DNA of 32,000 nt from Coprobacillaceae bacterium (GCA_963675515.1 OY776328.1:90001-122000), one strand, 5' to 3'; shown: positions 1-7,922, numbered from the stretch's first letter. Made by a program: numbers and translations. Notes: a model not told the origin generated them from the sequence alone.

Positions 1-861
1 AAGCTACTTGATAATTTTTTGAATGACGGTGAGCAATATTCCGGGTGGTCTTGCAGTACTAGAAATCAGAAACTGGCAGCAATTCGTTCGTTTTACAAAT
101 ATGTTGCATCTCGCAATATTTCTTTAATGGCATATTACCAAGAACTACTTGCGGTCCCTATGAAAAAGATGTCCAAAAATAATCAGATTGAATACTTCTC
201 CGAAAATGTTTTAGAAACATTACTTAGGCAGCCAAACACAAAAACAAAAAAAGGAATACGGGATTTGGTTTTCATGATACTAATGTATGACACTGGAGCT
301 AGAATTCAGGAAATTTTGGATCTCAAAATTGGAGACCTGTTCCTATTTAGTGAAGTCCCGTACGTGAAACTAACAGGAAAGGGCAGTAAAGTAAGATTAG
401 TCCCAATTATGGAAAAAACGATAAACCACTTGAAAAATTATCTATCGATATTTCACTTAAAATCAAAAGACGATAGCTTCGTTTTTTGTTCAAAACGAAA
501 GGAAATCATCAGTCAACTGTCGCCAGATGCTGTTCAAAAATTTATTGATAAATATTGTGCATCCGCTCATGATGTAGATGAAGAAGTACCTATTCATATT
601 TATCCGCATATGTTCCGCCATTCTAGAGCCATGCATTTATATCATGGTGGAATGCCGCTACCACTTATTTCCGAATGGCTTGGACATGCGCAAGTTTCTA
701 CAACAATGGAATTTTATGCGCAGGCAACATTAGAAATGAAAAAACAGGCAATTGAGCAGGCTACAGAAGCAATTAGCCCCTTAATAAATATTTCTAATAA
801 ATACAATCTGGATTTTGAAAATGATGAAGAACTGATTAAAAGGCTCTATGGATTGATATGA
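1..861 (+). CDS. Tyrosine-type site-specific recombinase/integrase, 5'-truncated by the window edge
   Basis: Frame 1 is open from base 1 (KLLDNF precedes the TTG listed at 19), so the N-terminus lies left of the window. It has a SAM-like N-domain helix (TRNQKLAAIRSFYKYV). Catalytic-domain signatures are DTGARIQE (Arg), HMFRHSRAMHLY (H-x-x-R) and LGHAQVSTTMEFY (His and nucleophile Tyr). Stop TGA at 859-861. Confidence 0.85.
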   Translation, partial: KLLDNFLNDGEQYSGWSCSTRNQKLAAIRSFYKYVASRNISLMAYYQELLAVPMKKMSKNNQIEYFSENVLETLLRQPNTKTKKGIRDLVFMILMYDTGARIQEILDLKIGDLFLFSEVPYVKLTGKGSKVRLVPIMEKTINHLKNYLSIFHLKSKDDSFVFCSKRKEIISQLSPDAVQKFIDKYCASAHDVDEEVPIHIYPHMFRHSRAMHLYHGGMPLPLISEWLGHAQVSTTMEFYAQATLEMKKQAIEQATEAISPLINISNKYNLDFENDEELIKRLYGLI

Positions 862-975
862 GTTATCCCGACTTTTAATAATACAAAAAAGGACTATCCC
901 TCAAAAATACATATTTGTCGGGATAATCCAAAAGTCGGTATAAGTGGTGTTATCCCGATATCGGGATAACACCAC
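862..975. repeat. Cluster of TTATCCCGA(C/T) motifs in alternating orientation, including a 32-bp perfect palindrome
   Basis: TTATCCCGAC at 863-872; inverse GTCGGGATAA at 917-926; degenerate inverse GTCGGTATAA at 934-943. Perfect palindrome GTGGTGTTATCCCGAT/ATCGGGATAACACCAC at 944-975. Segments 863-872 and 917-926 can pair as a 10-bp stem around a 44-nt loop. Confidence 0.9.
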
Positions 976-1004
976 CGTACATACGGTTCCGTATACGGCG
1001 GTTC
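971..1004 (-). ncRNA. Group II intron domain V (catalytic hairpin) with CGC triad
   Basis: Minus strand reads GAACCGCCGUAUACGGAACCGUAUGUACGGUGGU. The lower helix is ACCGCCGUA/UACGGUGGU with a G-U wobble in the CGC triad. There is a 2-nt bulge (UG) on the 3' strand and a 4-bp upper helix UACG/CGUA closed by a GAAC loop. CGC in place of AGC is the class C hallmark. Confidence 0.8.
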
Positions 1005-2397
1005 AGCACTTTACGCGTTTATAGTAATCTAAAAAGAATATATAGTTTAATGATTTGATATATTCATTCGACAGCGTCTTACTAAGAACTGGGCTATGGG
1101 CAATTCGCCAATAGCCTTTTCTTGTGTTCGCATTTCGATATGCTTCATTGTCATTCATTCCTAACTTGACGAGGTTTTCATGCCTAGTCTTTATTTTCTT
1201 CCATTGTTTCCACAATCGGCATCTAATCTTGGCCCGCATCCATTGGTCTGTTTCAGACATCAGTGTCTTCATGTTGGCTATTTTGAAATAGTTGACCCAT
1301 CCCATGATGAATCTTCTGAGCATTACTGGGTGATAATCATTTGATATATGCCCTTTTGTCTTGCTTAGAAGTTCCCTCATGCGGTTCTTCATTTTGACAA
1401 CTGACTTGGGGTGTACTCTAACCTGAGCGCCATCTTTATTGAAATAGAACCCAAAGCCAAGAAACTTCACTTTTGGTGCATAGGCAACCACAGTTTTGTC
1501 TCTGTTGACTTTTAGTTTCAGCTTGCCTTCAATGAACTCAGTTACTGATTTCATGACTCTTTGTGCCCCCCTTGAACTTTTGCAGAGTATCATTACGTCA
1601 TCCGCGTAGCGAACGAAGCGGTGGCCTCGTTGTTCCAGTTCCCTATCCAATTCGTTGAGCATAATGTTTGAAAGTATCGGACTGAGTGGTCCTCCTTGAG
1701 GTACGCCGACTATGGTCTTTCGATATTCTCCTTCAACTTCTACTCCCGCATTGAGATAACGGTTAATGAGCGAAATCACTCTTCCATCCTTGATTGTCTT
1801 TGACAGTATCGTTATCAGTTTATCATGATTGACCGTGTCAAAGTATTTCTCCAAGTCCATATCTACGATTTGACGGTATCCGGCATTGAGATTTTCAACG
1901 CATTTTTCAATCGCATCGTGGGCACTTCTTTGGGGGCGGAATCCATAACTATTTTCACTAAACAACGGTTCGTAGATAGGTGTCAGCACTTGGGCGATTG
2001 CCTGTTGAATGACTCTATCCACGGCGGTAGGAATTCCTAATTTTCTTTTAGCTCCATTGTCCTTAGGTATTTCTACTCTAAGAACGGGACTGGGATGGTA
2101 TTTACCATCCACGAGCATCCGCCTCAAGGATATCCAGTTGGTATTAAGGAAGTCCCGAAGTTCATCGACACTCATCCCATCTACTCCACCGACACCCCTG
2201 TTCCTGACTACCCGGTCGCACGCAAATTTGAAATTACGCTTATCGAGCATCTTTTCTAGCAGACGTTCTTTTACTACAAACCCGTTGATGTTGTTTGAAG
2301 AAGGCCCCAATGATGAACTGTATCCTCGTGAACTGCCATTGCATTCCGTGCTACTCTCCTCCACTGAGGTCTTTCTATAAGATTGGCTATACTTCAT
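1003..2397 (-). CDS. Group II intron-encoded reverse transcriptase/maturase (no endonuclease domain evident)
   Basis: RT blocks are present, including GIPQGGPLSPILSNIMLNELD and the catalytic YADDVMILC. The C-terminal maturase (X/thumb) region reads GWVNYFK ... WRIAHSP. The ORF is embedded in intron ribozyme sequence. Confidence 0.9.
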   Translation of the reverse strand: MKYSQSYRKTSVEESSTECNGSSRGYSSSLGPSSNNINGFVVKERLLEKMLDKRNFKFACDRVVRNRGVGGVDGMSVDELRDFLNTNWISLRRMLVDGKYHPSPVLRVEIPKDNGAKRKLGIPTAVDRVIQQAIAQVLTPIYEPLFSENSYGFRPQRSAHDAIEKCVENLNAGYRQIVDMDLEKYFDTVNHDKLITILSKTIKDGRVISLINRYLNAGVEVEGEYRKTIVGVPQGGPLSPILSNIMLNELDRELEQRGHRFVRYADDVMILCKSSRGAQRVMKSVTEFIEGKLKLKVNRDKTVVAYAPKVKFLGFGFYFNKDGAQVRVHPKSVVKMKNRMRELLSKTKGHISNDYHPVMLRRFIMGWVNYFKIANMKTLMSETDQWMRAKIRCRLWKQWKKIKTRHENLVKLGMNDNEAYRNANTRKGYWRIAHSPVLSKTLSNEYIKSLNYIFFLDYYKRVKC

Positions 2398-2818
2398 TCA
2401 TCATAACTTCCTTTCATCTCATCCATCTCATACTGTTCGGTCCTTCATAATAATTCTAGACTTATTACTACTACGACCTCGGCTGACTTCTCACCACAAA
2501 CCTTTTTCGACCACTGTTCGAACTTCATCTTGCAGTGTTGGTGAGATCTCCCGGGGTAAGACATATATCCTTCCTTCTTTACCTGTATTCTCTACGACTT
2601 CGCTTTCCGTTTAGTTAATCGGACTTTGCGTTGTTCGGCACGCTCATCCAAGCTAGTCGCCTCATAAAATCTTCGTGTTCCTCAGGCCAAAATTTTGTCT
2701 AGGGCTTCCTCCGGTATCTTCCTCACGGCTAGACCCTTGCCTTCGACTAATGGTTAGTAACTAACAACCCCCATAGTGGACTTTCACCACCAAGATATAT
2801 GCCATGCCCGGCACACCG

Positions 2819-2848
2819 AAAAAAAAAGACGATCAGAATGATCGTCTT
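2819..2848 (-). terminator. Rho-independent terminator of the glutamine synthetase gene, which also serves as the intron 5' exon target
   Basis: Perfect 10-bp stem AAGACGATCA (2826-2835) / TGATCGTCTT (2839-2848) with a 3-nt loop. On the minus strand it is followed by a 9-T run and then CG, immediately before the intron 5' GUGUG. Confidence 0.9.
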
Positions 2849-2862
2849 TTTAGACTAGGTAA

Positions 2863-4941
2863 TTATACTCCGAATAATAAATCTACGTAAGTAGGGATTG
2901 GCCAGTAAGAACCATCAACTACTGATTCGATTTCATCAGTAACTGCTCTTAAAGCTTCAGCAGTACCATGAACTTCATCACGCCAAGCGATTGCTTGGTC
3001 GAAGATGTCAGCTTCTGAACCTTCGGCTTTTTCGATGTTAGCTTCCAACGTTTCCATCAATTCCTTCATCTTAGCCAGTTTTTCAGCTAAAGCTTTGGCG
3101 TCAGCCAATGCGAAATCAGCAGGAACACCAGCTTGAGTAGCAGCCAGGACAGTTGAAGACAATGATCCCAGGAATTCTACTGCAGCAGGATATAATTGAG
3201 TTTTAGCCATTTTCAATGCAGTAAGACCTTCAACACGTAAGATCTTGCTGTAATTTTCCAATAGGATTTCATAACGAGATTCCAATTCGACTTTAGAGTA
3301 AACACCTTGGTCATCAAGCAATTCGATATTTTTTGGATCAAGGATGCATTTCAATGAAGACACAGTGTCTTTATTGTTTGCAAGACCACGTCTAGCAGCT
3401 TCCTCTTGCCATTCTTGAGAGTATCCGTCTCCAGAGAAGATAACACGTTTATGGTCAGTCAGGAATTTACGGATAACTTCATTGATATCGAAACCTTTTT
3501 CAACCAATTTGGCCATTTCGTTGATTGAATCAGCCAGGATTGAGTTCAGGATAGTGTTTGGACCAGCGATTGATTGTGCTGAACCAACGGCACGGAATTC
3601 GAATTTATTTCCAGTGAAAGCGAATGGAGAAGTACGGTTACGGTCAGTCGTATCTTTAGAGAAAGTAGGAATATATGATACACCAGTTGCAAAACGTACA
3701 GCTTCGCTTTCAGTGATGTTTTTACCTTCAATGATTTCATTGAATAGTTTTTCCAAGTCTTCACCCAAGAACATAGAAATGATCGCTGGTGGAGCTTCAT
3801 TGGCACCTAAACGGTGGTCATTTCCAGCAGATGCAATGGACATTCTCAACAAGTCGGCATATTTGTCAACCGCTCTTACAGTACACGCCACTGTAGCGAT
3901 GAATGGTAAGTTAGTTGAAGGATTTTTTCCTGGATTGAATAAGTTGACACCAGTGCTAGTTATTACAGACCAGTTGTTATGTTTTCCAGATCCATTAACT
4001 CCCGCAAATGGTTTTTCGTGTAAAAGACATCTTAAACCATGTTTTTTAGCAATGTCTTCCATCAATTGCATAGTCAGGTGGTTGTTGTCAGTAGTTACGT
4101 TAACTTTCGCGTATACGCAAGCAACCTCATGTTGAGCAGGTGCAACTTCGTTATGTTTTGTTTTTGAAGGGATTCCATAGCTCCATAATTCATAATCCAA
4201 GTCAGTCATGAATGCCGCAACCTTGCGCTTCAATGAACCGAAGTAATGATCTTCAAGTTCTTGACCTTTTGGTGCCATAGCCCCGAACAATGTACGTCCT
4301 GTCAATTTCAAGTCCATACGTGCTTGGAAGTGTTCATCCAATACCAAGAAGTATTCTTGTTCAGCACCTACAGAAGCTGTAGCCCCTTTGACACCTTCCA
4401 AACCTAAAGCTGGCGCCAAACGTTTAACTGCCTTAGACAATACGTCTACTGATCTTAATAAAGGAGTTTTCTTATCAAGAGCTTCACCTTTGTAAGACAT
4501 GAATAATGTAGGAATATATAAAGTTCCGTCTTTTACGAACGCAGGTGATGTGATATCCCATGCAGTATAACCACGAGCTTCGAAAGTCGCTCTAAGTCCA
4601 CCTGAAGGGAAAGAAGATGCATCTGGTTCACCTTTACGTAATGTTTTTCCTGAGAATTCTAAAAGCGCTTTGCAACCATCAGGTTCGATGAATGAGTCGT
4701 GTTTTTCAGCTGGGAATCCAGTCATTGGTAAGAACCAGTGAGTGAAGTGAGTCGCACCGTTTTCAACGGCCCAGATTTTCATTGAATTCGCAATTACTGT
4801 AGCGCATTCACGTGATAACTCTTCTCCTGTTTCAATAGCTTGATGAAAAGCTTTATATGTAGATTTAGGGATTCTATCACGCATTGTCAAGTCGTCAAAT
4901 TTCTTTACGCCATATAAATCGGTTAATTCATTTAGTTCCAT
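2863..4941 (-). CDS. glnN: Glutamine synthetase, type III (GSIII, about 690 aa)
   Basis: The length and N-terminal GSIII-type region (FTHWFLPMTG...AEKHDSF) fit type III. GS catalytic blocks include NGSGKHNNWS and NRTSPFAFTGNKFEFRAVGS. I chose the start at M13 (MELNELTD) because AGGAGG lies 7 nt upstream; the ORF track start at 4977 lacks an RBS. Confidence 0.85.
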   Translation of the reverse strand: MELNELTDLYGVKKFDDLTMRDRIPKSTYKAFHQAIETGEELSRECATVIANSMKIWAVENGATHFTHWFLPMTGFPAEKHDSFIEPDGCKALLEFSGKTLRKGEPDASSFPSGGLRATFEARGYTAWDITSPAFVKDGTLYIPTLFMSYKGEALDKKTPLLRSVDVLSKAVKRLAPALGLEGVKGATASVGAEQEYFLVLDEHFQARMDLKLTGRTLFGAMAPKGQELEDHYFGSLKRKVAAFMTDLDYELWSYGIPSKTKHNEVAPAQHEVACVYAKVNVTTDNNHLTMQLMEDIAKKHGLRCLLHEKPFAGVNGSGKHNNWSVITSTGVNLFNPGKNPSTNLPFIATVACTVRAVDKYADLLRMSIASAGNDHRLGANEAPPAIISMFLGEDLEKLFNEIIEGKNITESEAVRFATGVSYIPTFSKDTTDRNRTSPFAFTGNKFEFRAVGSAQSIAGPNTILNSILADSINEMAKLVEKGFDINEVIRKFLTDHKRVIFSGDGYSQEWQEEAARRGLANNKDTVSSLKCILDPKNIELLDDQGVYSKVELESRYEILLENYSKILRVEGLTALKMAKTQLYPAAVEFLGSLSSTVLAATQAGVPADFALADAKALAEKLAKMKELMETLEANIEKAEGSEADIFDQAIAWRDEVHGTAEALRAVTDEIESVVDGSYWPIPTYVDLLFGV

Positions 4942-4975
4942 TTGCTTGCCTCCTGAACTTTTGTTTGTTGTATAC

Positions 4976-5004
4976 AATATACAATATTAGCTGTTGTTTG
5001 TCAA
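4976..5004 (-). promoter_or_regulatory. Sigma-A type promoter of the GSIII gene
   Basis: Minus strand reads TTGACA (plus 4999-5004), 17 nt, TATATT (plus 4976-4981), about 30 nt upstream of the AGGAGG RBS. Confidence 0.6.
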
Positions 5005-5085
5005 CAATGAATAATAAAAAGATAAAGGGCTGATAATTTTTTTACAAGTGATTATTTGTGTCCATAACCCAAAAAATGAAAGAAC

Positions 5086-5592
5086 TTAGTCTTCCATTTT
5101 ATAGCCATGTTTGCGCATTTTTTCTTCTTGCTTGCGGTTGCGCTTTTCATACTTGCGGGCCACTTCATTGTATGTTTTCACATTGACATGGATCCGTTTG
5201 TTGATGAAAAGACAGGCAGCGATGAACCCCAACCCATCCTGCAAAGAAACTGTCTTGAGACGGTTGTCTTCGAAGTATATTTCCAGCGCTCTTGGGTTGA
5301 TTACGATATGTTTCCAGTTGGCAATCGGATCGGTTATGGTATTGACTTTCATAATGTTATATTCCCGATCTTTACCCAGACGTCTTTTTTCGATGATATT
5401 GCGACGGCGGATTACATATTTGTAAGGCCGTAACAACTCGAAATAGACAAAAATACCGGCACCAAACAAGGCGATAACCAGCACTTCCTGCCAGCTTCTG
5501 ACAAATATCATATAGATAGTATAAAGAAAGTACATCACTTCAAAATATACAAGCCCGACATTTCTTTTAATTTTAAACTCTTGATCTTTCAT
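5086..5592 (-). CDS. Hypothetical small membrane protein (two N-terminal TM helices, soluble C-terminal domain, basic tail)
   Basis: RBS AAAGGAG lies 7 nt upstream of the ATG. Hydrophobic segments are LVYFEVMYFLYTIYMIFV and VLVIALFGAGIFVYFELL. A possible bacterial PH-like fold is only a guess. Confidence 0.6.
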   Translation of the reverse strand: MKDQEFKIKRNVGLVYFEVMYFLYTIYMIFVRSWQEVLVIALFGAGIFVYFELLRPYKYVIRRRNIIEKRRLGKDREYNIMKVNTITDPIANWKHIVINPRALEIYFEDNRLKTVSLQDGLGFIAACLFINKRIHVNVKTYNEVARKYEKRNRKQEEKMRKHGYKMED

Positions 5593-5607
5593 ATGGTATG
5601 CTCCTTT

Positions 5608-5652
5608 CTTTTAATTCAATTAAATATAACACAGTTTCAATTGAATTAAAAG
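5608..5652. promoter_or_regulatory. Perfect 14-bp inverted repeat (CTTTTAATTCAATT - 17 nt - AATTGAATTAAAAG)
   Basis: The arms at 5608-5621 and 5639-5652 are exact reverse complements. The repeat lies directly upstream of the RBS of the 5086-5592 gene and overlaps the T-tract of the EIIC terminator. Confidence 0.5.
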
Positions 5653-5673
5653 AAGGGCGAAACAATCGCCCTC
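5643..5673 (-). terminator. Rho-independent terminator of the PTS EIIC gene
   Basis: Minus strand reads GAGGGCGA-TTGTT-TCGCCCTTCTTTTAATT. The GC-rich stem is GGGCGA/TCGCCC (plus 5655-5660 / 5666-5671), followed by a T-rich tract. Confidence 0.75.
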
Positions 5674-5687
5674 TAATAATTTGTTTA

Positions 5688-7004
5688 TTAAGCTTGTTCT
5701 GCTTGTTTGTTTTGGTATTTTTCGTAAGCAATTAAGAATGGTGCATATACAACTGTACATAACACTAATGCCAAGAATTGAGATACCGCTCCACGCCAGT
5801 TTCCGCCAGTAGTTAAGAAACCGAATAAGATAGGTGGAGTTGTCCAAGGAGTAACCAATACTGCTTTTGGACAGAATCCCATTAAAGTGATAACGTAACC
5901 GAAGATGATGTTGATTGTTGGTGCAATGATGAATGGGATACCTAAGATAGGATTTAATACCATAGGGATACCGAAAGTAACTGTTTCATTGATATTGAAG
6001 ATTCCAGGAACCACTGACAATGCAGCAATCGCACGGTTGTCTTCACGTCTACCGAAGATAAAGATAGAAAGAACCAAACCTAATGTAACACCTGAACCAC
6101 CGAATTCACCGAACATTTGAAGCCAAGCCATACCGAAGATGTTCATTGATGGATCTGTAGCTGGGATACCTTCGTTGAATTTTTCAACGTTTTCTAAAAT
6201 CAATGGTGTGAACAATGTTTCTTTTACTGCAGACAACATGTTGTTACCATGGATACCTACGAACCAGAATAACATGATGAATGTGTAGATTACAATAACC
6301 CCACCCAATGAAGAACCGATTTGCATCATTGGTTTTTGTACATAAGTAAAGATAACATCATTGATTGGAGCGTTGAAAAGCATGTCTGAAGCCAAACCGA
6401 TCAAACCAGCAACAATCATAGTTAGGATTGCAGGAACCAATACCTCGAATGCTTTTGCAACACCAGGAGGTACTTGCTCAGGCATTTTAACTTTCAATCC
6501 TTCAACTGTTCTCAATTTACAGTAGATTGCAGATGCAACCAAACCTAAAATCATACCAGTGAATAAACCAGTAGCTCCGAAGAACCCTACAGCATAACCA
6601 CCAGCAGCAATAACTTCACCGCTTTCAGCGATAACATCGAATGAACGAGGTGTTACTGCCAAGAATGCTGATAAACCAACGATCCCTGGGAACCATCCTT
6701 TTTCACCTGAAGCTTCAGCGAATTCCTGAGCGATACCATAAGTAACACCCAAAGTGATACAGCTGATTGTTGCATTGAACACAGCAGTAAACGCTGGGTT
6801 CAAGAAATCCAATACCATGATTGGTGGGAAGATCCCTCCAAGTCCTGTACTAGAGTTTACTAATACGTTCGACCACAACAACCCAACAGCCCCTGCGATT
6901 GTCAAAGGCATGAATGTTTGAAATGCGTTCTTGATCGAACTCAAGATTTTGTTTTGTCCTGCCCACGCACCAGCGCGACCAAGGACATCCGCCAATTTGT
7001 CCAT
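5688..7004 (-). CDS. PTS transporter subunit EIIC, lactose/cellobiose (Lac) family
   Basis: A 438-aa polytopic membrane protein with the Lac-family EIIC signature around FWFVGIHGNNML and a CelB/ChbC-like length. RBS GGGAGG is upstream. Confidence 0.85.
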   Translation of the reverse strand: MDKLADVLGRAGAWAGQNKILSSIKNAFQTFMPLTIAGAVGLLWSNVLVNSSTGLGGIFPPIMVLDFLNPAFTAVFNATISCITLGVTYGIAQEFAEASGEKGWFPGIVGLSAFLAVTPRSFDVIAESGEVIAAGGYAVGFFGATGLFTGMILGLVASAIYCKLRTVEGLKVKMPEQVPPGVAKAFEVLVPAILTMIVAGLIGLASDMLFNAPINDVIFTYVQKPMMQIGSSLGGVIVIYTFIMLFWFVGIHGNNMLSAVKETLFTPLILENVEKFNEGIPATDPSMNIFGMAWLQMFGEFGGSGVTLGLVLSIFIFGRREDNRAIAALSVVPGIFNINETVTFGIPMVLNPILGIPFIIAPTINIIFGYVITLMGFCPKAVLVTPWTTPPILFGFLTTGGNWRGAVSQFLALVLCTVVYAPFLIAYEKYQNKQAEQA

Positions 7005-7037
7005 ATTTTTTCCTCCCTTAAATATTTCGACAAATTA

Positions 7038-7066
7038 AGTATATAACCCTTTTCCGTTAAAGTCAA
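7038..7066 (-). promoter_or_regulatory. Sigma-A type promoter of the EIIC gene
   Basis: Minus strand reads TTGACT (plus 7061-7066), 17 nt, TATACT (plus 7038-7043). Confidence 0.6.
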
Positions 7067-7080
7067 CGCTTTCATTGTAA

Positions 7081-7101
7081 AAAATACCATACTTTTAAAT
7101 T
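7081..7101 (-). promoter_or_regulatory. Candidate GntR/HutC operator, copy 1 (upstream of the EIIC promoter)
   Basis: The 14-nt core ATACCATACTTTTA (7084-7097) is identical to 8651-8664, and the flanks also match (18 of 21 positions). Confidence 0.5.
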
Positions 7102-7120
7102 TTAGGACTGCCTTTTTTAT

Positions 7121-7160
7121 AAAAAAGCGCCAGGATACTTGCTTTTTTTAGTATCCGCTT
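7121..7160 (-). terminator. Rho-independent terminator after the tandem GntR genes
   Basis: Minus strand reads AAGCGGATACT-AAAAAAAGCA-AGTATCCTGGCGCTTTTTTAT. The stem is GGATACT/AGTATCC with extra GCG/CGC pairing, followed by a T-run. Confidence 0.65.
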
Positions 7161-7201
7161 ACATTTTTCAAAAAATGAAAAAGCTTTCTTTGCGCGAAAT
7201 T

Positions 7202-7912
7202 CTAGAATATTTCAACGCTCGAAAGCTCAAAACCCTCGCAAACTTGTCGCGAAATCGAGTACTCGAAGATGTTTCCGTTCTCAAGATAACCAACCTGCTC
7301 TATCTGGATGACTGGCTGATCATTGGGAACGTTAAGATATTCCTGCTCCAAAGGAGTGGACAGGCTGGCGGTGATCAGCTTGTGGCCCGACTGCACTTTG
7401 ATTCCCATCTTCTCATCGATGTAACTGTACAGTGATCCTTGCACATCATTAATGGTGATATTTGGAAACAGGCTTAACGGCATATAAGTTATTTCCACAG
7501 TCTTGGGCACATGGTGAAGCGAACGTTTCCGGATCAGGTGATAGACGAAATCGCCACTGCTTATCTGCAAACGGCTGGCAACCTCATCCGATGCCCGGAC
7601 AACATCAAAGCAGATAACTTCAGTCTGGACATTCTCCGCCCCATATTTCTTGGTAAAGCTGTTCTGATGGAAGGTCTGGAAATCCTTGTGCGCTTCCATC
7701 GCATCGTAATCCTTGACAAACGTGCCCGACCCGCGCCGCCTGACAATGAGACCTTCCTTGACCAGAATCCCCAGCGCCCGTTTCATGGTTTCCTTGTTGC
7801 AGTTGTAATGCACGCAAAGAACCCTTTCATAAGGCAGCTTTTGGGAATACTTGTATTCCCCGATCAATATTTTCTCCCGGATCGAATCCGCGATATCCTG
7901 ATATTTTGCCAT
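7202..7912 (-). CDS. GntR family transcriptional regulator, HutC subfamily (winged HTH plus UTRA effector domain)
   Basis: The N-terminal GntR wHTH includes LPYERVLCVHYNCNKETMKRALGILVKEGLIVRRRGSGTFV. The C-terminal 150 aa is UTRA-like. RBS AGGGAGG. Confidence 0.85.
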   Translation of the reverse strand: MAKYQDIADSIREKILIGEYKYSQKLPYERVLCVHYNCNKETMKRALGILVKEGLIVRRRGSGTFVKDYDAMEAHKDFQTFHQNSFTKKYGAENVQTEVICFDVVRASDEVASRLQISSGDFVYHLIRKRSLHHVPKTVEITYMPLSLFPNITINDVQGSLYSYIDEKMGIKVQSGHKLITASLSTPLEQEYLNVPNDQPVIQIEQVGYLENGNIFEYSISRQVCEGFELSSVEIF

Positions 7913-7922
7913 CTTTACCTCC

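Larger units (their letters stand above)
944..2816 (-). mobile_element. Group II intron, bacterial class C (IIC), with intact RT/maturase ORF; 3' boundary approximate
   Basis: The minus-strand RNA begins GUGUGCCGGGCAUGG (plus 2816 downward). Domain I/II-like strings read in the sequence are CUGAGGAACACGAAG, UAUGAGGC, GGAUGAG, CAAAGUCC and CUUACCCCGGGAG. The ORF sits in the domain IV position and domain V lies at 971-1004, starting at the ORF stop codon. The 5' exon is a terminator hairpin plus T-run, the classic IIC target. The 3' end was not resolved by eye and lies somewhere in 940-970. Confidence 0.85.

Noticed and set aside
1825-2380. Plus-strand ORFs of 71 and 123 aa inside the intron.
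   Set aside because: They are antisense to the RT/maturase ORF, have no RBS and have low-complexity Ser/Leu/Thr-rich products.
1003-2397. The reverse transcriptase as a retron, DGR or defence-type (UG/Abi) RT.
   Set aside because: The ORF is embedded in full group II ribozyme sequence: a 5' GUGUG, a domain V immediately after the stop codon, and a maturase X-like region. I saw no msr/msd-like repeats, no template/variable repeat pair and no accessory effector genes.
7139-7435. A 98-aa plus-strand ORF starting in the EIIC/gntR intergenic region.
   Set aside because: It begins inside the terminator hairpin of the gntR operon, runs antisense into the gntR gene and has no RBS.
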